DNA of 64,000 nucleotides, taken from assembly GCF_009914755.1 (NCBI RefSeq), contig NC_060928.1. The stretch is one strand, 5' to 3'. Shown one piece after another: positions 1 to 13,288 of this stretch; position 1 is the stretch's first letter; every line of letters starts with the position of its first letter. This DNA is from the human T2T-CHM13v2.0 reference genome, Homo sapiens. The notes below the pieces were generated by a model. It made no database searches. It saw only the letters and a program-made list of their open reading frames with translations, and was not told where the DNA came from. The translations under genes were made by a program, and so were the position numbers.

Positions 1-450
1 GTCTGATTAAAAGGGCCCCAGTACCTTCAAGACCTGTCTACTGTGGTGCCAGAATGATTATTTCTGTCTTATCCCCTTTACATTTTGGTCCGGAGAGCTG
101 CCTTAGACTCTCCAATGGAATCTATTTGCACAGCTGCGTCTGTTACCTTGACTTGTCTCAGATTCCATTGACCTGAGATGAGTCTTGGCACTAGGAATGT
201 AAGACTGTCTCTATTATTTTGACTTGCTGCAGGTTAGGGAGAAGCCTATGCAAGGCTCCTGCTGACCATATGTTTCATTTCTAGCTTTGATGGCTGGGCA
301 CCGATTTCCCTAGGTTTAACTATTTGCTCAATGTTAAAGCAGTGCTGTGGAAATCCACCTGTGTAACTGGAGTGCTATGCAGGCCTGTCTGTGTGACTGT
401 CAGCAGGCCTGTCTGTGTGACAGACAGACTTGGAGAATTGGCCCGCCACA
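1..450 (-). mobile_element. ERV LTR, 5' portion, running off the window edge (possibly ERVL/LTR42-like)
   Basis: Minus strand starts TGTGGCGGGCCAATTCTCC (LTR-type TG start) at 450, with a sharp switch to A-rich LINE-like sequence after 450; family from memory only. Confidence 0.55.
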
Positions 451-469
451 ATGGCACATTGAGAAATGA

Positions 470-1500
470 TGGAAAAAAGACTCACAGCCAGACAAATCCT
501 AACAATATTCAGGGTTTCTTTGCATACCATGGAAACTTAATGAGCCAGATTAATGTTAAGCTATACTATCCGTTTAAAAGGGGAGTTGAATAAAAGCTTT
601 CCAAAAAAAAAGCAGTCTCACAAACTTATTCTTAAAATATGTTTCAGTAAATTGAGAGATTAAACAAACAAACAAAAAAAACATGGAATCTAGGAAAGAA
701 TGGATTCATCACAAGAAAGTAAAAATAGGCTAATGTAGAAAGTAGTGTAGTTGTACAGATAGTCTAGAAACCAAATACTCGGATTAGAGGAAGAGAATGG
801 AAAACTGCAAGAGAGCGAGATAGCTGCAGGAGAGAGAGAGAAAGAGACACATATTTTACTATCCTTAGTAATCTATAATGCAACAAAACAAAACAAAATT
901 ACCTAGAGGAAACATAGTCAAACTACTGGACATACAACTAACTGCATTTACATGGTCTTTGGAGATAATTCTACAAATTGTATCTATTGATTTTAACTTT
1001 CAGATTTACTATATAGTCAATGTACAACTAAATATAAAACATTAACCCATGATGTTAAAAATAGATAGAAGCATACAATGCAAAGAAGTTGGGTGCAGTG
1101 AGGAAAAGCAAAGGAGTATATAGGAGCTAATTATATGTCCTCAAAATACGAGGAATCAAGAGATGCTCTCCACAGGTGATGGTGCAACACACTTTTAAAC
1201 TAACTGTACTATTGAAAGTTAGAGAAGTAGCCAATAGAAGAATTAGAATAACAATGTGATGTCTTGGCAAAAAAGAGGTGAGAGTGTTGACATATACTTA
1301 ACACAACTCTACCATAATAAAAAGTCAGTAGATAATGTCTGAAGTTAGTAAAAAATCAAGCATTTTTTAACAATATGTTAGTGGAAAAGATAAGAATGTA
1401 TAAGAGAATTAAAAGTGCTTAGAATAGTGGGGTTGGGGTAAGAGGGGAACTGAAATTATTTATTATAAGCTTTCTGTGATCCTCTGATAAAACTGAAAAC
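470..1500 (+). mobile_element. HAL1 / old L1-related fragment
   Basis: CATGGAATCTAGGAAAGAATGGATTCATCACAAG...GTTGTACAGATAGTCTAGAAACCAAATACTCGGATTAGAG resembles HAL1 and the paralogous stretches near 28.6 kb and 63.8 kb. Confidence 0.5.
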
Positions 1501-3139
1501 AAAATCATTCAAAAAAATCTATCTGTACCAACAATCTCTTTACAATGTAAGATGAACATTTATGATTCTTCTTTAAACATACCTTTCTTAAATTACTGGA
1601 GCCATAAAATGTATTTTTCTGCAACTGAGTTGACAGAAAGAGACAGGCAATAAAAAGTTTCTGGGAGGTACCAAGGGAAGCGCTTTATAGATTCAGGCTT
1701 GGTTCTATAAAATAGCAGAAAAGGCAGCCACGACCAGTGGCTACATTCAGTGAATGGTGGTGGGGGAGGGGGTGATGAATCAGCCCAAACGCTCCAGCAG
1801 AGAATGAAAAAGTCAGCTACTCTGGAAGTAAAGAAATAAAGGTAATTTCAAAGGTCTGAATAGTTTGTGTTCAAGCTGTGAGACTATGAACCTGGAAATT
1901 AATATTGACTCACAAATTTCATTCTAATATTGTATGAATATGCCATTAAAACCACTAAGGAGAGGAGTTAATGGAGATTTAAAAAAAAGTATAGGACATC
2001 ACCCCAAAAATGAGATCCAGGGAGAACCTCTGATGGCTTGGATGAAAGGAACTAACATTAACAGGAGTACATATGTGGACATCTCTTGGATGACTGCTGC
2101 ATCTGGAATAGTGAAAGCGTTCAGACATTAAATATGTGCCGTCAAGGGTTTTTTAAACATAATTTCATTATTTATGAAACATGATTCTCTTTTACATTCC
2201 TAATGATAAAGATGATTGTAAATTGAATTTGGTAGGATTTAATTCCACTATGCTATATTTATCAGAGTAATGCTTTCATACAGGCTACATACATAATGTT
2301 ATCAGCTTTGACCTAAACTAGAGCTGCATTCAGTGAGTATGGTGACTTTGTCAAATAGTTAGTGTTTTGCCTTTGAGAAGGGAGTGTGATCGTTTTCAGA
2401 GTATGTAATAGGAGACAGTAAATTACAGGAGTATTCTGCAATACTGTGACCTTTTCAGTATTCAGTAGTTTGAATAGCTGGTCTTTCTGTCCTACTTGAT
2501 TAAAGCTCCACCAATCATCAAGAAAGTTAATGCAAGATAAAACATTTCTTTTAAATGGCACAGCATTAATCCTTTCATATGGCAGAAGTTGAAATGGGAA
2601 CTGTTAGACATTTCTAACAAATTTCAATGTCTCAGCTGTGTTGCAAATCTTTAGACAGCAGCCATTGACTTTGGATGATGAAATTGTGACCTGGTAAATC
2701 CTTGATCCAGCTCTTTTTAGAGTTATGGTATATTACAAGTGTGCCTGCCAGGCATAGTGAGTAGACATGACCTTGGGAAATAACACGGATGTCTTCCTCT
2801 CCCATAAAGTATCACATACAAAGTGTATCTCCTGAGAATCCTATTTATAAATAGGTCCAGTGACATCAATTTTAGAATACCTTTTAGTAATCCTTTGCAA
2901 ATCATAAACCTCAAAAAGAGAGAGTTCTTATTTACACTCAGTTAAGTAATTTATAACTGACATTAATCTGTGCTGAGCTGATAGCTATGTTTTGCTAATT
3001 ACTAAACAAATATTTATTTATTGAGGAAAAGCTAATGAATAACAAAAATCTAACACTTTAAATGTAGGTTTTTCTATATGGTCAGCTATTTTAAGATCAT
3101 AGAAATTGTTCTACTGACCAGTTTAATCCAAAGTATTCA

Positions 3140-3600
3140 GAGTTAATTTTTAAAATTCCACATATAAGAGAGACCATGCTATATTTTCTTTCCGTGTCTT
3201 GCTTATTGCACTTGTCTTAATGTCCTGCAGATACATCCACGTTGTCGTAAATGGCAGGGTCTCCATACTAGAAACAAACAGCAGAAAGGTGGTTACCAAA
3301 GGCAATGAATAGGTGGATGGGAGAGATTGGGAATGGGAAGAGTGAGGTTGGAGGGCAAAAGGTTGCATACACATAGAATGAATAAGTCTAGAGACATAAC
3401 GTACAGCTTGAGAAAAAATAGTTAATAGTACTTTATACTTGAAATTTGTGAAGAGATTATATTTTAGGTGCTCTTATTATAAAAAAAGGTAATTGAAATA
3501 ATGGATATGTTAATCAGCTGAACTATAGTAATCATTTCATTATGTATATTTACATTAAAAGATTATGTTGTACGCTTAATTACATACAATAAAATACATT
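3140..3600 (+). mobile_element. 5'-truncated L1MA (about L1MA8-10) 3' end with inverted 5' segment (~3140-3267 on minus)
   Basis: Minus segment encodes the ORF2 C-terminus (ETLPFTTTWMYLQDI...SAISKTRKENIAWSLLYVEF); plus segment from ~3268 is L1MA 3'UTR ending CAATAAAA. Confidence 0.8.
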
Positions 3601-3896
3601 TTAAAAATACTTCGGTTAAAGTAAGTTAATCTATACTTAAAATATCAGGACTTTCAGTATGTTGTAAATACATATGCTCTACTTATTTCAGAGTATAGTA
3701 AGTGTTTTAGTTTAATCATCAATACAATATGTAAGATTTGGAGTTGTATTACAGGAAATAGCTATTATTTGTATTATTCATAGCAAGCCTTTCACTGCAT
3801 GACTTAGTGTCGGCACTCAACAAATGCATGTACAATGAGTGAGGAATGATGTATGATAATACAGGATAATTACATATATTAAAATTATTTCATTGT

Positions 3897-4213
<317 letters not shown>

Positions 4214-4629
4214 TCATTGTTTTCATGACACTACAAAGGTAGCATGAAATTTCTTTTAGCTGTGTTATAGATTTGGAAAATAGAATGACCAATATTTATA
4301 GTTAAGAAAGTATTATGTGAAAGAATGTATACATATAAACAATTGCTGATAGGAGAGTGAGTTAGTTGGCAGTACATTAACTAACTGTGGTTTGACTGAA
4401 TGACCAGTGTTTGAAATGAATTTACACTAAACAAGGCCTCTCAATTAAAATTGGATTTGTTTTTATTATTTTAAAAAAGGAATAAATTTTTAGTCATTTT
4501 TAAAGGTTAAAAGTCATTACATTTCATGAGATTTAACTGTTTCAAACTAGAACTATGTTTTATCATTAAGCCTCTTAAAGCATTATTTAAACTACACATT
4601 GCTTAGTTTATTTTAAACTTTTATTCTGC

Positions 4630-5393
4630 ACTATAAAAATTCTGGGAGAAAACCTAGAAAAATGCTCTTCTGGACATTGGCTTAGGATGATAATTCACAA
4701 CTAAGACCTCAAAAGCAAATGCAACAAAAACAAAAATAGACAAGTGGAATTTAATTAAACAAAAAAGCCTCTGCACAGTGAAAGATAAAAATCAATCAAA
4801 TGAACAGACAACCTGCAGAATCAGAGAATATAGTTGTGAACCATGCATCTGACAAAGGAATAATATCCAGACTCTACAATGAACTCAACCAACTCAAACA
4901 CTACAAAAAATCACTAAAAAGTGGGCAAAATACATTAACAGATGTTTTTCAAATGGCCAAAAAGCACATAAAAAATACTCTACATCACTAATCATCAGAG
5001 AAATGCAAATTAACACACAATGAGATACCATCTTACACCAGTCAGAATGGATATTTTCAAAAAGTCAGAAAATAACAGATGTTGGTGAGGTTACAGAGAA
5101 AAGGGAATGCTTACATAAAGTTGGAGGGAATGTATGTTACTACAACTCCTATGGAAAATAGAATGGAGATTTCTCAAAGTATTAAAAATACAACTACCAT
5201 TTGGGATTCGACCCAGCAATCCCACTGCTATTTATCTACCCAAAAGAAAAGAAGTAATATAAAAGAGACATCTGCCCTTACATGTTTATCACAACACTAT
5301 TCCCAATAGCAAAGATAGCGAATCAACTTGAGTGTTCATGAATGGATGATTCCGTAAAGAAAATGTGGCATACATATGGACACATGCACACAT

Positions 5394-5456
<63 letters not shown>

Positions 5457-5823
5457 GAGAGAGAGAGAGACCATGAACACTACTCAGCCATAAAAAAAGA
5501 AAATCATGTCTTTTGCAGCAACATGGATGGAACTGGAGGCCATCATCCTAAGTAAAATAACCCAGAAACAGAAGGTCAGTTATTCTCATTATAAGCAGGA
5601 GCTAAATAGTGTGTACACATGGATATAATGGAATAATAGACATTGGAGACTCAAAAAAGTGGGAGGATGGGAGGAGATCGAGACAGGAGAAATTATCTAA
5701 TGGATACAATGTACACTATTCGGGTAATGGTTACACTGATAGCCCAGACTAAGCCACTATGTAATGTATACACCTAACAAAACTGCACTTGTACTCCCTA
5801 AATCTATAAAAATAAAAATAAAA
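4630..5823 (+). mobile_element. 5'-truncated L1PB (L1PB3/4-like): end of ORF2 plus 3'UTR
   Basis: ORF2 peptides (NRQPAESENIVVNHASDKGIISRLYNEL); 3'UTR ACAATGTACACTATTCGGGTAATGGTTACACT...CCCTAAATCTATAAAAATAAAAA. Confidence 0.9.
5391..5470. repeat. Compound (CA)n(TA)n(GA)n microsatellite inside the L1PB
   Basis: Read directly. Confidence 0.95.
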
Positions 5824-8800
5824 CTTTCTGTTTACATTTTCCCAACTTAGAGTTAATACTAGCTAATAGATTTTTTCTGACTTCTGTTGATTCTGAAATG
5901 AGAAATCTTAATCGAATCCAAGTAAAATAAGTCTTAGAATAGCTGGAAAACTAAGCACATGTGTATCTGATTTTGTTCTCTATGTCTATTTAAGGTAACA
6001 TAATTTTTTATGTTTTATAAAATTTCTTTGCATCTGAGGTGCAAATAAGTGTTTATTTAATGAACGAATATTTTAATATATACAATGCATAGTATACTTC
6101 ATTATCCATTTTTCATTCAAAAAATATTTATGAGGTGTCTAGTATTTGGCAGAGTCTAGAATTTGTCACAGTTGAAAGTGATGCTACAGACACTTTGTTA
6201 AAAAGAGGAGTGACCTGTTACTTTACATTCTGATTGGTATAAAGGAATATGAGCAAATGTACAATTAATAAATGAGTTAATTTCAGATACTGAAAAATAT
6301 ATAAAGGAAGCAAATGTGGATAATATACAAGAAAATAATTGGGGCTTGTACTCTTTCTGAAGTTTTCTCACTTAGCAGATTAAAAATAACTTTACTATTG
6401 TTCTATATATAAGAAAAATGTGATAATAACTATAAGAAACAATAAATCAGTAAGAGTTCATCAAAATTGATTTGGAATTTGCTGATACTGGCACGTCATC
6501 AATGATTAGTCTTATAATTTGGTGGCACTTTTTTACTATAGCTTTATACTTAATAATGATTCACTTTGCATTATAAATATAATTGAAAATAACCTAGTAC
6601 CTTCTCTGTACAAACGCAGGTTAGTAATTTTTAACGGATCCAAGTGACAATATTGGTTCAATAATCAAGTGTCAGCTTTTTTGTGTTTTTCTTCTCTGCT
6701 TATACAAAAATAGAGGTGATGCTCCCATTTTAAATAATTGAAGTATGGATTAAAATACTAGCACTCTGACATCCTTTAGATATTCATAATATAGAACTAG
6801 CCAATTGTTTATGCCATCTGAGAAATGGCTGAAAATATTAAATTCTAAATAAGATTTCATAATTTTGGTAGAATTTATACATTTTAAAAAATAGTTATAT
6901 TATAAGAAAAATTCAAATTTCCCAAACAGATTTTTCATTAAGTTTCATATAGGGGAAATGGTTATGTAAAGTATTAGACAAGCTGGTATGCTTTCACACT
7001 TGGATCAATCAAAACGAAATTAAGGGGAAATTGGGCTTAATTGCTAAAGTATTGGTGCATAATTTACACGGGGAAAGAAATCACTTCTGTTCCACTGTTG
7101 CCCAATCACCTTCACTATGGGGATCAACACAGAGGAGATCAACTATAAACCAGAGATGGGCTATATTGTAAACATGGAAATAACCTAATCCATATCTTGG
7201 AATCAGCCTCTTATTTCTTGTTTAACCCTCATCCTCTCGTGGAATTCAAACTTATCTTGGGTGATTCTCCTTAGGTGAACATTTATGAGAACTGAGAAAA
7301 TTTAAAAGGAAATATTCCATAGCTAATGGCAGTAGAGGGAGGAAAAATGGAAAGAGAATGAGGAGAAAGTAGATCTGTGTTATTCTCAAGATCACTTTAG
7401 GAACTTAATTAATTCATTGCTACATTACTTTTTTATGTTGCTGATGAAGATTTTCTCTGACAATATAGGGATTTCCCTAGTTGGAGACTGAGCCCACGTT
7501 GCTATTATTGTTTTATAGGTTAGGAAACTATCATTTAAAAGTGAAAAGGAATTTCTGTTAACTAAGTATTAAAACTTGAATTTATTTTTGTGCCATTTCC
7601 CTTTAGACAGTGAAAAATAAATCACTCCACAGAAACTTGTGAGTTAGGCAAGCCTGAATACAGGGAAGCAACTAAAAATAATAACTTACGGATCACACAT
7701 TTAAGTGTTATATTTACCAGGGTAAATTTACTGTTTATTGTAGCAAATTTATATCCCTGCATAGGCTTCACTTAGATTAATGTTTTGTTTTGTTTCTTCT
7801 AAAGAAAAATTTAAAGTGTCCTATGTCTTTAAGTCATGGCTTATTCTTGCAGAGTTTGGGATGCTCTTGTTCAGCAGTAGCTCCTGAGGGATCTGGAATA
7901 TAGACCCTTAAAACAACAAGGGTTCCAACCAATATACTGTTCACCTCTTATCATAGGAGAATTGATGAAAACAACTCTCCTATGTTGTTGGCAAAGTACA
8001 ACCTGGCTCGGAATGATGATGTGCTAAACTCGGAGGACACTGGTGCTATTATTTCTGACTAAATTTATTTAGATCTTAGAAAAATGCACTGATGTTGAAC
8101 TATCTTTCTCTGATACCTTCTGTAAAGCCATAGCCATGCTGCTATGCACAGCCATGCAATTTGCACACTGTGACAAAAGCAGCCTGCCTGGGGACAGATA
8201 GAGACTGGAATTCAGCCTGGCACAGGAGTGGTTCCCACTAGAGGAAGGAAGAAAGGAACATCTTTGTCTTTTTTGCACAGAAGTGGAATCTACTCATTGA
8301 GCTGTAAACTCTGTAGATGTGATCCTCTGAGATGCATCGTTTTCTATCTGCCTGCAGGAGATACCTTTCCAAATTCAAACATGGGCTCTGAATATGCTTC
8401 CAGAAGCCTTGAGAGCAGCCTTGTAGATGAGAGTTGAGATTTTCCCACAATGATTAGATTTGCCCATTGCAAATTATCCAGGAAATTATTCAGGAAATAA
8501 AGACTTAAGGACTAGGATTCAACTAGTCCTTGATGAAACTTCGTTTCTTTCTAAGTATTGGGAAAAAAAAAATTTGGATTCTGAAACATGGCGATATGTA
8601 GATTCCTATCAATGCCATCTGCTTGTGGTACAGGAAAAAGGGAGCAGGGTTGCACATTAAGGATCATTAAAGGCAGAAATTTTGCAATAGTCATAAGCTT
8701 TGTTTTACTTTTCTTCCAGAATTCTAAACCTTTAGAAAATTCTTACCAACTATGATGACTAGAAATGACTTCCTGTGGATAATTACAGAAACTGCCTCTC

Positions 8801-9989
8801 TCTTGTTAAGGATATAGTTCAAAGGTCTGATCAATATTTCTTTTTCTAAGAAATAGTGGGGACATGTTTATTTATGGGAGGGGCAATATTTGCAGAGGGA
8901 GCTGGCACAAAGGTCTGGCATGGCAAGAAATTAAAAAACAAAATTGATATTTCATGTGCTCTAACACATTTTTCTTAAATGCTATGAACATACTTGAACC
9001 TGGTGATTGTCCTAGAAGCTGATTTTTAATAACAATATGGACAGCTACTCACGATAGCCATGATAAAATTTTTCATAAAATAAATTAATATTTATTAACT
9101 AAAATTAGTTTTATGTTTTTTCTCTGCTATTGAAAATATTTTCTTTCAATTTTTGAATTATGATGTGTATCAAACAATACTAATGTTTCCCATTTGAAAT
9201 GCAGTTTAGAAAAGATCACCAAGAAACTCGATAATAATCCCAAAAGAGATGTCAGAAATTTTAGATAAAAAGAAATAACTAAAAAAAAAATAACTCCATT
9301 TACAGCTGATAAATTACCAATCAGAAAACATTTAGCCAATGCCTTTTATATAAATTTTATATGAAGCCTTGTAGAATGAAGTGTTCATGGACCTTATCTG
9401 AAGCCACATTAAGGAAGCATATTTCTGTTTATAAAAACAATGATCACCACATTGAGAGGAACAAAGTAAAGACAGCTGGAGGGAGAAAACGCACACATGT
9501 CAGGTACAAGGTTTAAACTCTAAAAGGGGCTGAAATTGGTTCTCTTCCTCTTGTGCAGTAAGCAAATTCCCTTTGAGTTTGATTTCCAACACTAAGAATT
9601 CTCATTAAACAACAGAAAGCTGTGGACACACTGCTAGATTGAAGAATTAGTAAATCTAAGTTATGGACTTAGTTCTCTCATGAACCATTGTGTCTTTAAA
9701 TAAATCAGTTATTCATTCTGTATTGATCTTATCGTTTCACAAATAAAAATAATTATGTTTGCCTATTTCCCGTTTAGCTCTAACAATCTCCCTTTTAATG
9801 ACATATTTTAATTGGCCTTGGTTTTGACATTAAATGTAGAATGCTATCTTGGAAAGAGATATTAAGAGAAATAATTTGCTACACTTACAGCATAGTTTTC
9901 CAGGCACAGAAATAAATGAAGTAGGGTTGCTTTCCACGAAGGCTGAAAATTATCTGTGACTGTCAACAACATAATACAGCTAGCTACAC

Positions 9990-10330
9990 AACTCATTCAT
10001 TCATTCATTAATTTTTAAAATAATTACTATGAGCCAAATTCATTCTAGTTATGGGAATGTAGCAATAAACAATGGAGACAGACCCACATGTAGCTTAATT
10101 TCTAGTGGGATTTATACAATGAACACATTAACAAATAAGTAAATTAGGCAATTTCAAGTCAATACATCAAAGAAAGTTAAGAAGGGTAAAGGCTTTTGAT
10201 GGGGATACAATAAGGATGGAAGATACCTAATTTAGCTAGGTTAGCAGGAAAAACTGTTCTGGAAAAGAGACCTTTAATATGAAACCTGAATAATGTAAGA
10301 AATCACTGATGTGATGATGATCTTAAAAAG
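9990..10330 (-). mobile_element. L2 3' end
   Basis: (CATT)n terminus, then TTACTATGAGCCAAATTCATTCTAGTTATGGGAATGTAGCAATAAAC, typical of L2 in minus orientation. Confidence 0.7.
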
Positions 10331-11749
10331 AATAGAAGGAGAAGGATTCCAGCAATTTAAATGAAGAAGATATTTCAGACTTGGGCTGACCGCATAGAAA
10401 TCATGTAGGGATTGAATCACTTATGAGGATTATTGGTTCCCTACTCTTGAATATTCTCATTAAATAGGTCTGAAGAGGTGAGAGAATCATTTATTCTTCA
10501 TTTGCACCCTCCTGCTTTTGGTGGATCTACAAAGAAGAGAACAATGACAGATACAAAATGGAACTTTCTTTCTTATCCAACTAAGGTAGATCAATTGGGC
10601 AATTAGGAGGTTCAAGATGAAAAAATAAAGTCCACTTTCCTATTCACTCTGTTAAACAAGAAATAACCAAAATCAATCATAGATAGAGCTGACCCCTTAA
10701 TTCATACCAAAATAAATACTGCAGTCCTACAACATTTCACATGAACACATAAAATATTTAGAAAATTCTATCTCAGCAAATGCAGAAAACACTGTCAATC
10801 TCAGCTATCTTCCTTTACTTACAAAGATTTAGAGTGCTTTTGAGGGGCAGAGAAAAAGCTATAACTATCATTCTAGATCAAGCCACTACCATTAAAATGC
10901 CTGTCATACTTATGATAAAAACAAAGATGAACACAAACTGCTTATGTGGCTGAGAAACTATCAGTAAGCAAATTGACAGTATATTTAGATACTTGCTATT
11001 TCAAAACAAAAAAATTTCCTAGACAAAATATAAATGCTGCTTATATTTATAGAACAAAGCTCAATTTCTTAAAAATCTTTAAGAATTTGAATACTAACTG
11101 ATGAAACAACATAGCAATATAAACTGCGTCAATAATCTTTTTGAGAAAGTATAATTGATTTATTTATTAAGATTGATATGAATAGTATTCCCTTTTCATA
11201 TTTCCTTTCCCAATTTGCTCCTAAATCCCATCACAGATACAAACATTTGCATCCAAGTCCCATCGTATACGGAAATATAAAAGCTGCAACATTGACGGGG
11301 CCCTTGGTGGATCTAGAATGTTATCATGAACCAGCCAAAGCTCAATGATCAAAGTCAGCTGAGGCAAGGTCTTCATGGTGAAAGAAGAAAGATATCAAAC
11401 ATGAAACTAAAAGCTAGCTTCTACTTCTGACACTTTCAGGAACTAATTGTCAAGAAGTCCCAAGTGGATTGTACATGTTGTACCTAGTGAGTTGCATGAT
11501 ATCAAGCGTAGAGGAGCTGTTCTGCTAAGGAGAGTCAACTGCTGCTGATGGCAGGAATGCAAAGTACGTGGACCTTGGTATGCAGGGCATACCGTTGCAG
11601 TAAATTCAAAAGCCAAAATCTATGAGCCATTTGTCCGGGCTTCTCTGTCCTAGGACCTCAAATCTCAGACCCTTTCCATAAAAATTTTACACTTTTAAGG
11701 TCACTCTACAAATAAGCTTCAACGTAGAGAGGGAGTTAATACAAAGGAA

Positions 11750-12455
11750 GACATAAAATTCTGAAATAAAATCACCTGGTTTAGTGTCCTGGGTAGGACC
11801 AGCTTCAAGTGCATATAACTTTCTCAGGGACCGAAAGAGGTCCAAACCTGGAATTTAATGTTCAGCAGTGGTTGTCTTGAAATTCTTACTAATTTTATTT
11901 TTAAATTTGTTTTGGAAGCGAAGTCTGATAGGGCAATGGAGCATGCGTGCACTGGGGGCTTGTAGCCTGTTTCAACACATCCTGTCTCCCACCCCCAGTC
12001 CACCTTCCCACCTCTCCTGGATGAGTTCTCTGTCACCTGCTCTGCTACCCCCACCTACCAATTGCTGCCACCCTTTCCTTATGGTGGGAGTCTAGGCACA
12101 GGCACAGGGAGGGTTGGGGTTGAACACAGGCCTTATGCAGCATTGAAGGCAGGACTCCCTGTATCTTTCATCTTTTAAGGGCTGACATTAACTCCATGAG
12201 TATCCTCATGCCCAAAGGAACATGTCACTAAATAGCAAATTAAAACCACCATGATTGCCGAAGAGAGAGAATGTGGAAGAAGGGAGAAATCTTTTTAATT
12301 GATTTGTGAACAAGGGATCTCACATTTTCATTTTCCATAGGACCTCACAGATTATGTAGCTGGCTCTGATTTCAGATTTACTATACTTGCTGTGTCATCC
12401 TAGGAAAATCACTGAATCACTCTAACTTTGTCTCTTCATCTGTAACTATGGATTT
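11750..12455 (+). mobile_element. MIR split by a hAT element
   Basis: Left piece ATCACCTGGTTTAGTGTCCTGG; right piece CTTGCTGTGTCATCCTAGGAAAATCACTGAATCACTCT...TCTTCATCTGTAACTATGG (MIR core). Confidence 0.55.
11794..12368 (+). mobile_element. hAT-Tip100 non-autonomous DNA transposon (FordPrefect/MER91 family)
   Basis: Imperfect TIRs TAGGACCAGCTTCA and TGTAGCTGGCTCTG; internal GTCTTGAAATTCTTACTAATTTT...GCAATGGAGCATGCG and GAACAAGGGATCTCACATTTTCATTTT motifs. Confidence 0.75.
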
Positions 12456-12984
12456 GGTTTACTGGTATACAGTGATGCCAACTGAAAGTATCATTATCTT
12501 GATAAGAAACGAGATAGCAGGAGGGGACGTAATGAGTTGCCTTTGAGCTGATCGATTAATACTTACTTTGACTTTAAATCACCTTAAACATACAAACCTG
12601 TAGATCATCCACTGAAAACTAGAAGTATCACTGCCAAATCAGAGGAGAAGATATGTTTCTCAAACATCAGATTAGAACTTGAAAACACTCCCCATAGACT
12701 TAATTTTATAAGTCTTAGCCAGACTGTACAATATTATTTAGTCTTATAGTTGAACTATATACAGATTAAATAAAACTGTGTGGCCTTGTTTAGAAACTTG
12801 TTACTTTTAACATTATAATGTCATTCTTATATTTTCACAGGAAAATATATATTTTGTGTTTCAAAACATACCGAAATAAACATAGTTAATCATGCATCTT
12901 TGTATGCTGCAGGTAGGCTGACAGTAATGTATTTTGAGATTTCAGTAGTGGCTGTTAGGGATGTACAAATTAAAAGTACCTACT

Positions 12985-13288
12985 GGCCAGGCGCGGTAGC
13001 TCACGCCTGTAATCTCAGTACTTTAAGAGGCCGAGGAGGGTGGATCACGAGGTCGGGAGTTCGAGACCAGCCTGGCCAATATGGTAAAACCCCATCTCTA
13101 CTAAAAATACAAAAATTAGCTGGGCATGGTGGCATGTGCCTGTAGTCCTAGCTACTTGGGAGGCTGAGGCAGAAGAATCGTTTCAACCCGGGAGGGGGAG
13201 GTTGCAGTGAGCCGAGATTGCGACACTGCACTACAGCCTGGACAACAGAGTGAGACTCCATCAAAAAAAAAAAAAAGAAAAAAAAAAA
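12985..13288 (+). mobile_element. AluS (Sg-like)
   Basis: Full dimer, GGATCACGAGGTC plus AGTTCGAGACCAGCC, A tail, TSD AGTACCTACT/AGTACCTTCT. Confidence 0.95.

Noticed and set aside
8013-8058. C/D-box snoRNA (ATGATGA...CTGA)
   Set aside because: Only ~46 nt from box C to box D, with no terminal stem or internal C'/D' boxes
11440-11486. Possible + strand micro-exon (TTTCAG acceptor, GTGAGT donor)
   Set aside because: 47 nt, short pyrimidine tract, no coding similarity; expected by chance in 64 kb
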